Shown piece after piece: positions 20,004 through 31,109 of a DNA stretch of 52,925 nt; within the stretch, counting starts at the first letter, position 1, and the number at the start of each line of letters is the position of its first letter. The notes under the pieces were generated by a model. The model saw only the letters and a program-made list of their open reading frames with translations, did not search any database and was not told the origin of the DNA. The position numbers were made by a program, and so were the translations under genes. Origin of the DNA: Gemmatimonadales bacterium (GTDB lineage Bacteria > Gemmatimonadota > Gemmatimonadetes > Gemmatimonadales > GWC2-71-9); assembly GCA_041577295.1 (NCBI GenBank), contig JBFGJG010000031.1, forward strand, positions 1 to 52,925. The letters are read 5' to 3'.

Positions 20004-22835
20004 ATGTCCACCACGTTCGAGCGCCTGCGAGATGCTCTCGCGCCCGACTACGTTGTCGAGCGGGAGATCTCTAGTGGTGGGCAGGGCACGGTCTTCCTCG
20101 CCTACGACGTGCATCTCAAGATCAAACGCGCGATCAAGATCATCAGGCCAGAGATGGCCACTGCCACGGCGATCGAGCGTTTCACTCGCGAAGCCCGGAT
20201 CCTCGCAAATCTCCGACACCCCAACGTCATGACCGTCCACCTCGCGAATACGTCGGGCGACGGACTGCCGTACTACGTGATGGATTTCTTCGAGGGACAG
20301 ACGCTCAAGGACCGGCTCGCGCGCGGAACGATGCGTTCCCCTGAGGTGCGCCGGCTTGCTGCGGACCTCCTCCAGGCGCTCGAGGCAGTGCACAAGCAAG
20401 GGGTCATTCACCGAGACATCAAGCCGGCAAACATTTTCGTGCACGACGGAACCTTCGTGCTCGCTGACTTTGGCATCGCAAAGACACCCTCAGAGGACGG
20501 TTTCACCGGGACCGATGTACGGCCTGGAACGGTGGGATATATGGCGCCCGAGCAGCTGTGGGGCTCGGGCGCCACGCAACGCTCTGACCTGTACGCCGTC
20601 GGGCTCGTCCTGTACGAGGCGCTGACGGGCGAGTTGTGGAGCGACCGGCGACCTACGACCGAGCCAGACTGGAGTGGCGTGCCGCGTGACATGATCCCTG
20701 TGCTGAGAAAAGCGTTGCAATGGGACGAGGAGCGGCGTTGGCGAGATGCGAACAGATTTCTCGAGGCGGTGCGCGCGACGCGTGCGAGGCGGGAGCGTGC
20801 CAGGACGCTCACGATCGGCGCGCTGGGGGCGGCCGTGGTTGTAGCAGTGATCACGCGGGTTGTCAGCTGCAATGGACCCGTCATTTCACCCACGCATCTC
20901 GCGATATTCCCGTTCGCAGCAGACGATACCAGCGACGCCGAACTCGGACGCTTCCTTCCGTTCCTCGCACATCCCACGCTGAGCGCGATGATGCCGGTGG
21001 TGCCCTGGAGCACCACGGTGAAAATGGGCGTACTACACGTTGCCAGCGTCGCCAACGTCGCGCGCACCCTGCGTGCTGAATACGTCGCCACCGGCTCGGT
21101 GACTCGAGTGGGTGACACCGTCCAGGCAGACTTGGTGGTGGCCGATGCGTCTGGTGAAGTCCGTCGGCTGAGGGCATCCGGGAAAGAGCTCGTTGCGCTC
21201 GGGTACGAGATTGCGCTCGTGGTCGCGCGGACCGTGGATCCCGACGCCCGTCCACCGCCTCCTCCAGCTCTGACCGGCGCAGAGCTTGAGGCGGTCCTCG
21301 AATGGGTCCGAGGTCAGGACGCGTTTCACCAGAACCGCTGGCAGACGGCGACCGAGCACTTCTCGCGAGCCGTCGCGCTCGATTCGACCTTTCTTTTGGC
21401 GGCGTTCGGACTCTCCAACGCCTATCGCTGGTTGGGGACCGGCAGGCCGCATCCCGAATTGGATCTCAAGCGAATCCGCCGGGAACATCGCGGCCGTTTG
21501 AACGAGCTGGACAGCATGATGATCGACGCCCAGCTGGCGCCGACCTCCGTGCAGCGTTTGACCATCTATCAATCGGCGATCGCGCGATACCCGCGTGATG
21601 GCTTCGTGGCTTTTTTGTACGGCGAAGAGCTCATGCATCGCGGCCCGTTTCTCGGCAACCCGCTGGGCACCGCGGCGGATGCGCTCGAGGCGGCCGTGGC
21701 GAAAGACTCCACGCTCGCACCCGCGCTGGACATGCTGGTGTGGGCAAACATCCGGATGGATCGGCCCGCCGAGGCGACACGACATCTCTCGCGGCTCATC
21801 GCCACATCTGCGCCGCCGCAGGAAGTCCAGCTGTACTCCCCAATTCTCCTGCGCCTCGCGCTCATGGAACGCTTCGGCTCACCCGATTCGATCGCCGCGA
21901 TGCGCGGGATGATTCTCGCCGATCCACAAATGCGCGCAGCCGTGCGAACGACGGTGCGCCTCGGCCAGGTGTTTGGGCTGCCGAACTCTCAAGAGCAATT
22001 GGCCGCGCTCCTGCTGCGGACCGATGGCGGAGCCAGCGAATCCAACCGTGGCAGTCTCTATATGGCGCGCGCGCTCGGTCGCATCGCACTCGGTCAGCTC
22101 ACAACCGCGCTTGGCTACCTGGACTCCGCAAGCTCCCTGCTCGGGTCTCGGGAAGCGCGCTTCCAGACGGCGCAGTGGCGAATGCTCGCGCCGGCTCTCG
22201 GTGTGCCCGGTTTCGCCCCGAGTGAACCCGGCATTGGGCGGGCAGTAATCGAACCGATGACGAATGTCGCGACTCACGGACCGCGCGCCATGTGGACGCT
22301 GGGCGTGGCAGCCGCACTGGCGGCCGATACGGCAGTTGCCAGCCAATGGCACGGAGCGATCCGAGGAGACGAACACGATTCCGTCGCCACCCGATTGCGC
22401 TTTTTGTTGCACGCTGTGATCGAGGGTGCAGCCGGTAACTACCTGGGGGCGCTCGAGCTTTCCGCGCCGCTTATCCAAGCGGATTCCGCCGGACGGGGTG
22501 GCGACCCTTTTGCACGCGCCGTTCTGCACATGAAACGGGCCGATTGGCTGGACAGCCTAGGCCGGGGTGAGGCGGCCGACTCTTCACGTCTGTGGTATGA
22601 GCACTTTGACTGGATTGGCTTCCCTTCGGGCGTGGCGCAGGCGGCCGAGATCGACTGGGCACTCGGCACCTATGCGCGGTGGCTGCGGGGAGACGCCGCG
22701 GCTCGGCGGGGCGACCATCGAAACGCGTGTCGCCATCTGCCCCGGGTTGCACAGCTATGGCAGGATGCGGACCCAGCCTACGAGCCTCTCCGCCGGCGCG
22801 CCGAAGCCTACATCGCCACGTCGTGCTCCCGATGA
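20004..22835 (+). CDS. Membrane Ser/Thr protein kinase with C-terminal TPR-like region
   Basis: SGGQGTV, RAIK, HRDIKPAN, DFG, GTVGYMAPE; one TM helix. Confidence 0.9.
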   Translation: MSTTFERLRDALAPDYVVEREISSGGQGTVFLAYDVHLKIKRAIKIIRPEMATATAIERFTREARILANLRHPNVMTVHLANTSGDGLPYYVMDFFEGQTLKDRLARGTMRSPEVRRLAADLLQALEAVHKQGVIHRDIKPANIFVHDGTFVLADFGIAKTPSEDGFTGTDVRPGTVGYMAPEQLWGSGATQRSDLYAVGLVLYEALTGELWSDRRPTTEPDWSGVPRDMIPVLRKALQWDEERRWRDANRFLEAVRATRARRERARTLTIGALGAAVVVAVITRVVSCNGPVISPTHLAIFPFAADDTSDAELGRFLPFLAHPTLSAMMPVVPWSTTVKMGVLHVASVANVARTLRAEYVATGSVTRVGDTVQADLVVADASGEVRRLRASGKELVALGYEIALVVARTVDPDARPPPPPALTGAELEAVLEWVRGQDAFHQNRWQTATEHFSRAVALDSTFLLAAFGLSNAYRWLGTGRPHPELDLKRIRREHRGRLNELDSMMIDAQLAPTSVQRLTIYQSAIARYPRDGFVAFLYGEELMHRGPFLGNPLGTAADALEAAVAKDSTLAPALDMLVWANIRMDRPAEATRHLSRLIATSAPPQEVQLYSPILLRLALMERFGSPDSIAAMRGMILADPQMRAAVRTTVRLGQVFGLPNSQEQLAALLLRTDGGASESNRGSLYMARALGRIALGQLTTALGYLDSASSLLGSREARFQTAQWRMLAPALGVPGFAPSEPGIGRAVIEPMTNVATHGPRAMWTLGVAAALAADTAVASQWHGAIRGDEHDSVATRLRFLLHAVIEGAAGNYLGALELSAPLIQADSAGRGGDPFARAVLHMKRADWLDSLGRGEAADSSRLWYEHFDWIGFPSGVAQAAEIDWALGTYARWLRGDAAARRGDHRNACRHLPRVAQLWQDADPAYEPLRRRAEAYIATSCSR

Positions 22836-24751
22836 TCGACGTTCGTGTCTTGGGCCCGGTCCAGCTAACGCTCGATGGAGAAGCACCTCCCGCTCAGCTG
22901 CTCTGGCGCAAAAACCTCGCGCTCCTCTTGTATCTCGCGTTTTCACCACGTGGGGCACGAACCCGCGAACACCTGATGGGCCTGCTGTGGGGTGACAAGC
23001 CCGAATCCGCAGCGCGGCACTCGCTGCGCGAATCCCTACGGGTATTACGTCGCGCGCTTGGTGACAACGCGTTGCGCGCCGCGGGGGACGTCGTGGCAAT
23101 CAATGAAGGCGTGCTGCGTTTGGATACCCACCAGTTCACCCGGTGTGAAGCCGACGGCGGTTGGAGGCAGGCGAGCGAGCTCGTCGGCGGTGAGTTCCTG
23201 GAAGGGTTTGGCGTACCTGATGCCTCACCGTTTGAAGATTGGTTGGCGTCGGAACGCGCCGCATGGCGGGTGCGGTGCGTCTCCGTACTCGCCAACCAAG
23301 CCGAGTGCCTGCTTGCAACCGGCGATGCGAGCCAGGCGGCAGAGGTCGCCCAGCGTGCGCGGCGTCTCGATCCACGCTCGAGCACGGTCGTGCACATCGC
23401 GATGAGAGCGCTCGCACTGGCAGGCGAACGAGCGCACGCGCTGGATACGTATCACGCGTTCGCGACTAGTCTCAGCGAAGTCGGTCTAACCCCCGAGCGC
23501 GGCCTGACGGAACTCGCGCGGCGCGTAAAAAGTGAGCGGGAATTGCGGCTCGCGGCCTCCGTGCCTCGGAGCGTGACGCAGGGTGCCGAGCTCAAGCGGC
23601 CACCACTGATAGGGCGCCAAGATGCGTTGGCGCAGTTGCTCGATGGGTGGCGGCGCTGTGTCGGCGGTAACCGCGCCGCCATCGGCTTCGTCGTGGGCGA
23701 AGCAGGGATGGGCAAAACCCGCCTCGCAGAGGAATTGGTCGCTCGTGCCCGGCTCGAGGGCGCTGCGACCGTCACCCTGCGCGCCGTCGAGGGAGACCGG
23801 ACCACTCCCGAGAGTGGCTTGTACGCGCTCGCACGTGGTGGCTTGCTGACAGCAGGAGGAGTACCGGCTGCACCCCCCGCGGCGCTCGCGGCATTCGCCG
23901 AAGCGGTTCCCGAGTGGGCGGACCGGTTTCGCACGGTTTCCGTGAACCCCAAACCGTTGGGCTTGGCACTGGGTGATGTCTTGCGGGCGGCAGCCGACGA
24001 GCAGCCCGTGCTCATCGTGGTGGACGATGCGCATTGGCTCGACCATGAGTCGCTGCTTGCATTGATCGCCGGTTGCCGCACGGCCGCCGACGCACCGGTC
24101 TTTTTCTGCTTATGCGTGGCACCCCAGCATCCACGAGCCGAGTTGGACGAGCTCCGGGCACATATGGGTCGCGATCTCCCTGGTGTAGTGTTGACCTTGG
24201 GACCGCTCGAGGACTCGGCCATCCGCCAGCTCGTGAGCTGGGCGTTACCACAGTATGGTGACGGCGAACAGGATCGGCTTACGCGACGCCTGACCGCCGA
24301 TTCCGCCGGCATCCCGCTCTTGGCCGTGGAGCTGCTACACGCCGTGGCTCTTGGTCTCGATTTGGGCCGCGTGGACGGAGCATGGCCGACACCGCTCAAG
24401 ACGCTCGACCAAACACTCCCCGGTGAGCTCCCGGACGCCATCGTTGCGGCGATTCGCGTGAGCTTCCGTCGCTTGAGCAAGGATGCACAACGCGCTCTGT
24501 CGACGGCTGCTGTGCTCGGCGACCGGGTTACCGTCGAGGAGATCGCGATGGGATCGGAGCTGCAGGGAGCAGTGCTGACAACGGCCCTCGACGAACTCGA
24601 GTGGCAACGGTGGCTCGCCGCGGAGCCACGGGGATTCTCCTTTGTAGCGCGCGTGGTTCGCGAAGTCGTTGCCCGCGACATGCTCACGCCTGGACAACGC
24701 GAGCGCATCCGCTCCCGGATACAGCCGGTCAGAGATTTGACTCCCAATTGA
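22832..24751 (+). CDS. SARP/BTAD-domain transcriptional regulator with AAA_16-type ATPase
   Basis: MIDVRVLGP...TREHLMGLLWGD...ARHSLR; Walker A GEAGMGKT; Walker B VVDDAHW; ATGA overlap with the kinase stop. Confidence 0.88.
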   Translation: MIDVRVLGPVQLTLDGEAPPAQLLWRKNLALLLYLAFSPRGARTREHLMGLLWGDKPESAARHSLRESLRVLRRALGDNALRAAGDVVAINEGVLRLDTHQFTRCEADGGWRQASELVGGEFLEGFGVPDASPFEDWLASERAAWRVRCVSVLANQAECLLATGDASQAAEVAQRARRLDPRSSTVVHIAMRALALAGERAHALDTYHAFATSLSEVGLTPERGLTELARRVKSERELRLAASVPRSVTQGAELKRPPLIGRQDALAQLLDGWRRCVGGNRAAIGFVVGEAGMGKTRLAEELVARARLEGAATVTLRAVEGDRTTPESGLYALARGGLLTAGGVPAAPPAALAAFAEAVPEWADRFRTVSVNPKPLGLALGDVLRAAADEQPVLIVVDDAHWLDHESLLALIAGCRTAADAPVFFCLCVAPQHPRAELDELRAHMGRDLPGVVLTLGPLEDSAIRQLVSWALPQYGDGEQDRLTRRLTADSAGIPLLAVELLHAVALGLDLGRVDGAWPTPLKTLDQTLPGELPDAIVAAIRVSFRRLSKDAQRALSTAAVLGDRVTVEEIAMGSELQGAVLTTALDELEWQRWLAAEPRGFSFVARVVREVVARDMLTPGQRERIRSRIQPVRDLTPN

Positions 24752-24896
24752 CCGCGTCAGATCGATGCGTCCCTGTCGTGGCGGATCCCCATGAGAAGAG
24801 GGCATCGACAATCGACATCGAGAATTTGCCGGGGGTCCAGCGATCGGCAGATTTGATCCTGGGCTGCGTGCGCGCCGAGTTGTAGCCGCTCGCCAG

Positions 24897-26768
24897 CTAC
24901 GCCCTCAGCGAGAGGTCGAACACCGACGAGTCAACCTTGACCACGTTGCGCAATCGTTCGTGCACCGTGATCCGAATGCGGTCGCCGTGGCGTGAGAGAC
25001 GGCGAAGCAGCCGATCGAAGTGCCGGACCTGTGCCTCGTGGAGGTGATCGATGTGCAACGTCACAGACGACCGGGTGTCACGCAGCACCGCCTCCAGTTG
25101 GCGGGCAGCACGCCTGAAGAACCGGCGATCGAGCCATCCGCGGAGCCGCAGGGACAGATTGGTCGCCGCATGCTTGACGTCCCCCAAGGAGAGCTCGAGC
25201 GCTCCAGCTTCACGATAACGCGCCAGTGCTTGCTCGAGACGACGGAGATAGCCCTCAGCCGCCTGACGCGCCGGTGCCTCAGATCGATAAAAGTGCCGGT
25301 CGATGTAGTCACGCATCGAGAGACCCACCACCCAGTCCTCCACCGCTTGCTGAATGAGCCGCGGCCGTACCCAGGGGACGGACCGGATGAACTGCACCAC
25401 TCGCCGCCAACCACCGGGAAGGATGCCGTGGACGAAAAACCGCCGCATGACACCGACGAGCTCGCGCACCGAGTACCGATTCTGACCAACAGGATCCACT
25501 AGGTGACTCAGCTTGTTGCGAATCCGAGTGGCGATCCCCTTGTCGTCATACAGCCGCTCGTGCAACCGACGATAGCCCTCCACCATCTCGTCGTAGCTCA
25601 TGCCCTTGGGGATGACATTGGTCCCGAGCCTGGAGTTGTTGGAGCTCTGAACGTGTGGAATGAGCCGACCGTCCTTCGCGAGTCGCTCGTAGAGCGGCGT
25701 CTTGGGCGTCGCCTGGAGCAGCCCAATCATCGATGCTTGGATCCCCGAATCGATGATGAAACGGTACTGACGCTCGAAGGTGTCGAGGGTGTCGTGATCG
25801 AATCCGATGATGAAGCCCGCAAGAATATCGATCCCGTGTGCATAGATCACCCGCACGGATGTCATGATGTCTTGGCGGGTGTTCTGGAACTTGAGCGTTT
25901 CCTTGAGGCTTGCCTCATCGGGTGATTCGATCCCCAGAAAGACCCAGCCGAAGTTTGCGCTACGAAATAGGCTCAGAAGCTCCTCGTCCTGTGCCAGGTT
26001 GAGCGACGCCTCTGTACCAAAGCTGAAGCGGTACTCGTGCTCACGCTGATAATCTGCGAGAAAGCGGAGCAGCTTCTTCGCCAGCGGCTTGTTGCCGATG
26101 AGGTTGTCATCCACAAAGAAGACGTTATGTATGCCGAGCCTGCGCAGAGAATCCAACTCGCGCCCCACCTGTTCGAGCGGTTTGGTACGCGGCTTTCGTC
26201 CGAACATCACGATGATGTCACAGAACTCACAACGGAAGGGACACCCACGCGAGAACTGCAGGCTCACGGCCTGGTACTTCTCGAGCTGAAGGAGATCGAA
26301 ACGGGGAACCGGCGAGTCTGCGAGGTCGACCTCACCGGTTTCTTGGTAGAGTGCCCGGGGTGCGCCGCGTTCGAAATCCTGGCAAAACTCTTTCCATATA
26401 TACTCGGCTTCACCCGAGATCACGGTGTCTGCCAGGCTCTCGTACTCCTCGGGGCACAAGGACGCATAGCTCCCACCCGCGACGACGTAGAACCCCTTGC
26501 TGCGATAGTACGCCAAAAGCTCCCGCTGTCGGCCGAACTGTACACCCATCCCGCAGATTCCTATGATGTCCGCGGTGGGATCGAGCGGGAGCGATTCGAT
26601 GTTCTCGTCCACGATGGTGACGTCCCACCCGTCAGGGCAGAGGGCAGCGAGCGTCGCCAAGCCAAGCGGTGGATTGACGGTGCGTTTCCCGGGCAGCAGC
26701 ATGTCCACAGCCCACTTGAAGCTCCAGAAGCTCTCCGGAAAACGCGGATTGATCAAAAGCAGTCGCAT
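24897..26768 (-). CDS. B12-binding radical SAM protein (DUF4070-type)
   Basis: MRLLLINPRFP..FWSF...PPLGLATLAA; CPFRCEFC; FVDDN; GIES; likely start ATG 26768. Confidence 0.9.
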   Translation of the reverse strand: MRLLLINPRFPESFWSFKWAVDMLLPGKRTVNPPLGLATLAALCPDGWDVTIVDENIESLPLDPTADIIGICGMGVQFGRQRELLAYYRSKGFYVVAGGSYASLCPEEYESLADTVISGEAEYIWKEFCQDFERGAPRALYQETGEVDLADSPVPRFDLLQLEKYQAVSLQFSRGCPFRCEFCDIIVMFGRKPRTKPLEQVGRELDSLRRLGIHNVFFVDDNLIGNKPLAKKLLRFLADYQREHEYRFSFGTEASLNLAQDEELLSLFRSANFGWVFLGIESPDEASLKETLKFQNTRQDIMTSVRVIYAHGIDILAGFIIGFDHDTLDTFERQYRFIIDSGIQASMIGLLQATPKTPLYERLAKDGRLIPHVQSSNNSRLGTNVIPKGMSYDEMVEGYRRLHERLYDDKGIATRIRNKLSHLVDPVGQNRYSVRELVGVMRRFFVHGILPGGWRRVVQFIRSVPWVRPRLIQQAVEDWVVGLSMRDYIDRHFYRSEAPARQAAEGYLRRLEQALARYREAGALELSLGDVKHAATNLSLRLRGWLDRRFFRRAARQLEAVLRDTRSSVTLHIDHLHEAQVRHFDRLLRRLSRHGDRIRITVHERLRNVVKVDSSVFDLSLRA

Positions 26769-26856
26769 TCGGGTCGAATCCGGTTGAGGCGGGAAGTTGG
26801 CCGATCGTTCAAAAGACCCAAGTCTGCACGCCACGTCAAGGTCGGCAGCATCGGGA

Positions 26857-27507
26857 TCAGGTGAGCTCGAAGAGACCTCCTGGGGCGTCGATGATCGCGA
26901 CGAGCGTCGGGTTTTCCCCGCCGGACACCTGGAGCTCGACGGCAAGCGCCGCGAGGGAGTCCCGAATGGACGCCGGGTCGGGGTGCGTCCCGCGCAGCTC
27001 GATGAGCGTGCAGCGCTGCTCCATACCCGCTGCCGGGTGTGGCGTCCCCCCCCAATCGATCAGGAACGGCACCAGTCCGTCGCCAACCATGGGCCCACCC
27101 ATCGATTCAGGTACGGCAAGACGCCACTCCAACCGGGTTCCGTCATTCGCCAGCCGCGCCATCGGGACGATGATGCCGGGATCGTATCCCGCAGCGCGGG
27201 CCGCCGTGACCCGACCTTCGAGATCTGCGGTGCGGACCGCCCAGGTCACGAGCCGGGGTCCCTCGAGCGCATCGATTCCAAAGGGCCTGGGTCGTGGTGG
27301 CTTCGGCTGATCTGGGTCGGGTCCAATGATCTCGAGGTAGCAGTCCTCACCAAGAGCGATGAGGGCATTGGCCGTTCCGTAACCTTGGTGGCTCCCACCC
27401 GGTGTTGGCATCAGTCCGAACTGCTCGGCGACCGACCGCACGCCTACCTCGAGCCTGGGGACGGCATACACGAGGTGGTCCAGCACGGGTGGTTCCAGCG
27501 CGATCAT
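26857..27507 (-). CDS. VOC/glyoxalase-like (Glyoxalase_3) protein
   Basis: LDHLVYAV...GGSH.GYGTANALI...YLEII...PFLIDWG; start 27507 or 27537. Confidence 0.85.
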   Translation of the reverse strand: MIALEPPVLDHLVYAVPRLEVGVRSVAEQFGLMPTPGGSHQGYGTANALIALGEDCYLEIIGPDPDQPKPPRPRPFGIDALEGPRLVTWAVRTADLEGRVTAARAAGYDPGIIVPMARLANDGTRLEWRLAVPESMGGPMVGDGLVPFLIDWGGTPHPAAGMEQRCTLIELRGTHPDPASIRDSLAALAVELQVSGGENPTLVAIIDAPGGLFELT

Positions 27508-27636
27508 CCCGGAATCCCGACGGACGCGGCTACCCATTGACCGAATCCGTGAGCGGTGAGCAGTACGCAGTGAACAGGCTACTCCACTCCCAACTGGCCA
27601 CACCCCGCCGGCCACGTGTGAGTATTGCGCACTCCT

Positions 27637-30600
27637 TCATTGACTCCCGCTTGCCGCGTTTGCCATAACCGGAACGAGATTGCGATCCTGAAGCATTCGA
27701 TTGAATGCCGGCACGTCAACCCGCATGAGCTGGTCCAGCTCCCCCTGGGTTCGGCGCAGATCCGCCGCGAGTGTTTCATACGCCTCATGGTGCTGGTCGG
27801 CCGGCGAGAAATCCGCCGTTTGCACGGCGCTCGCCAGATACCCCAGACGCCCAATTAGCTTATTTGGCCAGCGCACGTCGTCCTGCCCGGTGCCGGTGAG
27901 TCTGAGCTGTAAGAGGTTTTCTTCCACCGCAATGAGCTTTTTGTGGAGCGAATCGAGCGCGGCAATCACGTCATCGTCGGCCTTCTGATCTTTCAAGACC
28001 ACCTCAAGGTCCGTGAGTTGACGGCGCACCCATTCGACGTTGTTGACCATCTCGGCCGCCGCGTTCATGTCTTCGCGGATCTGGCGGACCATGGCCGTCT
28101 GCGCCTCGATGTCGCTCAGGGTCCCCTCCGTGTTCGGATCCTTGAGCACCTCGAGCTGCCGCGTCCCAACCACCTGACTGTCGACGACCAGCGTAACGGT
28201 ATAGGTCCCCGGCGGCATCAGGATCGAGACACGATTCTCCTCTTCGGGAACGGGACGCCATCGCTCTTCACCGAGGCTGACCCAGTCGGCATAGAGTGGT
28301 TTGGTCCGCAGTTTCATCTCGGTGGACTTTTCGCTCTCGAGATCCCACCACACCCGATTCATGCCTAGCTTTTTGGTCCCATCGATCGTGCGGACCGAGT
28401 CACCCGCCGAGTCCGAGATGTGGACTTTAACGTCACCACTAGGCTCCTTGGCCAACCAATAGTTGATCGACGCGCCGTAGGGCGGGTCCTCACCACCTGA
28501 CGGGTCGTCGAACATGGTCATCGGGGCGGTGATCGGCCGAAAGCGGTACGCGGACCGTGGTGCAAACAGGTGGCTCGCGCCCGCCACGACGTCGCCCGTC
28601 AATTGCTGGAGCGGCGTGATGTCATCAAGGATCCAGAAGCCGCGGCCGTACGTCCCAACCACGAGATCGTTGAAGTGTTCCTGGACCGCAATCCAGTACA
28701 TCGGTGCGGGCGGGAGGTTCGTCATGAGCGACTGCCAAGTCCCACCGTCATCGAAGGACACGTAGAGCGCGTTTTCCGTCCCCAAGTAGAGTAAGCCTGG
28801 TCGGACGGGATCTTCCCGAATGTTCCGTGCATAGCTGAGCGGACTGTCGGCGATCCCGTTCGTGATCTTGGTCCACCGCGCGCCGAAGTCTTCCGTCTTG
28901 TAGACGTATGGCGCGAAGTTCCCCACTTCGTGGAAGTCGACGGTGACATACGCCTTCCCCGCGCTCCACTTCGACGCGTCGATGTTGCGAACGGTGCCCC
29001 ACGCGGGAAGCCCCGGGATGTTCTTCGTGACGTTAGTCCACGTCGCCCCACCGTCGCGACTCACCTGCACCAAACCGTCGCTGGTCCCGGCCCACAGCAC
29101 GCCCCGCTGTACAGGAGACTCGTCGAACGCATAGATCACGCAGCAGTACTCGACACCGATGTTGTCGGGTGTGAGCCCGCCCGAGATCCCCTGCTTGGTC
29201 TTGTCGTTGGTCGTGAGATCGGGACTGATGACGTCCCACGACTGCCCACCATTCGTGGTGCGATGCACGTGTTGGCTCGTGACGTACACCGTATTGTGAT
29301 CGTGTGGTGAGATGAGCAGTGGGAATGTCCACTGAAACCGATACCGCACCCGCTCCGCCGGCCACCCGGCGGTCATCAGCGGCCAGACTTCAACTTGACG
29401 GAACTGCCGCGTGCGTTCGTTGTACCGTACGACGACCCCACCGAGCGCACCCCAGCCGGAGGCGGATGACCAGATGATGTCGGGATCCTCGGGGTCCGGA
29501 GTGGCAAATCCGCTCTCGCCGCCCCCGAGGTCGTGCCACATGCCCCGCGGGATCCCACTGGCGAAAAAGCCCCCGAGGCGGCTCCGACTCGGCCCGCGCA
29601 TCGACGGTCCGTCCTGCCGGTTGCCGTAGACGTAGTACGGCACATTCTTATCGACTGTGACGTGGTACATCTGGGCGATGGGAAGTTGAATCCGGAACCA
29701 CGATTTGCCGCGGTTCTGGGAAATCGACACCCCACCGTCGTGTCCGACGATCATGCGGTCCGCGCTGTGCGGATCGATCCACATGTCGTGGTGATCCCAA
29801 CCGGGCGCAGCAGGACCACCGCTGCCGAAGAAGCTCGCCGTCTTAGCACTATCACCACCGTCAGTGGTGACGCTGAAGGAGGCGGAGAGGAAGTAGGCCT
29901 CATCGGGGTCGTCGGGCGCCACCGCGCACCGGCTGTAGTAGGCACTGCGACCCGCCAGATTTCGATTGTGGCTAACCAACTTCCAGTTTGTCCCACCATC
30001 GTCGGAGCGCCACAACTCCCCGCTTTCCGTCTCCTCGCCGTGCCACGGGACCCCATCGCCCGTCTCGATCAGAGCGTAGATCCGAGCTGAGTTCTTGCCA
30101 GTCATGCAAAGCGCGATCTTCCCCACCGGTTTCTTGGGGAGTCCGTTGCCCTCGAGCCGTTTCCAGGTGTCGCCACCGTCCTTCGACAGGTAAATCCCGC
30201 TTCCCGCCCCGCCGCTCTCCCGCGTCCAGGTCTTCAGATGAAACTGCCACATGCCGGCGAACAGAATGCGCGGGTTGTTGGGATCCATGACAAGGTCTGA
30301 GGCACCGGTTGAGTCGTTGACGAACAACACGCGTTGCCATGTCGACCCACCATCGCGGCTGCGGTAGATCCCCCGCTCTTGCTGCGGGGCGTACCCGTGA
30401 CCGAGCGCGGCGACGTACACCACCTCCTCATTGGTGGAGTGCACGATGATCCGCCCGATACGACCCGTCCCCTCGAGCCCCATGTGCGTCCAGGTCTCGC
30501 CAGCATCCGTGGATTTCCAAACGCCATTTCCGATGGAGACGTTGGACCGGATGAACGTCTCGCCCGTGCCCGCCCAGATGACGTTCGCGTCTGACGGGGC

Positions 30601-30903
30601 GACGGCGAGCGCGCCGATGGAGTGCACCGGTTGGTCGTCGAACAGCGGCTTCCAGTTCACTCCGGCGTCCACCGTGCGCCAGATCCCGCCCGAGGCGGCA
30701 CCGGCGTAGTACACGAGCGGCTGATTCGGGACGCCGGCCACGGAGATGACCCGGTTCCCGACTGGGCCGATGTGACGAAACTCGAGCTCTTTCAATCGTT
30801 CTGTATCGACCTGTTGCGACAGTCCGGCGGTGGTCGAACCAATGAGAAGCGCGCTCAGCGCGAAGAGAACCATGGAAAACGGGCCGCGTGCAACTGGTCG
30901 CAT
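27637..30903 (-). CDS. Secreted VPS10/BNR (Asp-box) beta-propeller protein, glycosyl hydrolase-like
   Basis: FRHIGP..NRV; many S.DGG.(T/S)W Asp boxes; C-terminal helical region; GGAG RBS before ATG 30903. Confidence 0.88.
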   Translation of the reverse strand: MRPVARGPFSMVLFALSALLIGSTTAGLSQQVDTERLKELEFRHIGPVGNRVISVAGVPNQPLVYYAGAASGGIWRTVDAGVNWKPLFDDQPVHSIGALAVAPSDANVIWAGTGETFIRSNVSIGNGVWKSTDAGETWTHMGLEGTGRIGRIIVHSTNEEVVYVAALGHGYAPQQERGIYRSRDGGSTWQRVLFVNDSTGASDLVMDPNNPRILFAGMWQFHLKTWTRESGGAGSGIYLSKDGGDTWKRLEGNGLPKKPVGKIALCMTGKNSARIYALIETGDGVPWHGEETESGELWRSDDGGTNWKLVSHNRNLAGRSAYYSRCAVAPDDPDEAYFLSASFSVTTDGGDSAKTASFFGSGGPAAPGWDHHDMWIDPHSADRMIVGHDGGVSISQNRGKSWFRIQLPIAQMYHVTVDKNVPYYVYGNRQDGPSMRGPSRSRLGGFFASGIPRGMWHDLGGGESGFATPDPEDPDIIWSSASGWGALGGVVVRYNERTRQFRQVEVWPLMTAGWPAERVRYRFQWTFPLLISPHDHNTVYVTSQHVHRTTNGGQSWDVISPDLTTNDKTKQGISGGLTPDNIGVEYCCVIYAFDESPVQRGVLWAGTSDGLVQVSRDGGATWTNVTKNIPGLPAWGTVRNIDASKWSAGKAYVTVDFHEVGNFAPYVYKTEDFGARWTKITNGIADSPLSYARNIREDPVRPGLLYLGTENALYVSFDDGGTWQSLMTNLPPAPMYWIAVQEHFNDLVVGTYGRGFWILDDITPLQQLTGDVVAGASHLFAPRSAYRFRPITAPMTMFDDPSGGEDPPYGASINYWLAKEPSGDVKVHISDSAGDSVRTIDGTKKLGMNRVWWDLESEKSTEMKLRTKPLYADWVSLGEERWRPVPEEENRVSILMPPGTYTVTLVVDSQVVGTRQLEVLKDPNTEGTLSDIEAQTAMVRQIREDMNAAAEMVNNVEWVRRQLTDLEVVLKDQKADDDVIAALDSLHKKLIAVEENLLQLRLTGTGQDDVRWPNKLIGRLGYLASAVQTADFSPADQHHEAYETLAADLRRTQGELDQLMRVDVPAFNRMLQDRNLVPVMANAASGSQ

Positions 30904-31109
30904 GAGTTTGCTCCGTAGTTGGGGGCTCGAGAGCCGGACGGCTCCCGGGAGTGAAGGATCGTCCGACATATGGCACACGTGTCGCGGCCTGCCGACTGGA
31001 ACGTGCCATCGCAGGGGAATTTGCGCCGTGAGGGGACAAGAGCAAGTAGCAGAACGAAAACGGGCAGCGCGCATGCGCTGCCCGATTTCGTCATGATCCT
31101 GCGAGCTGT

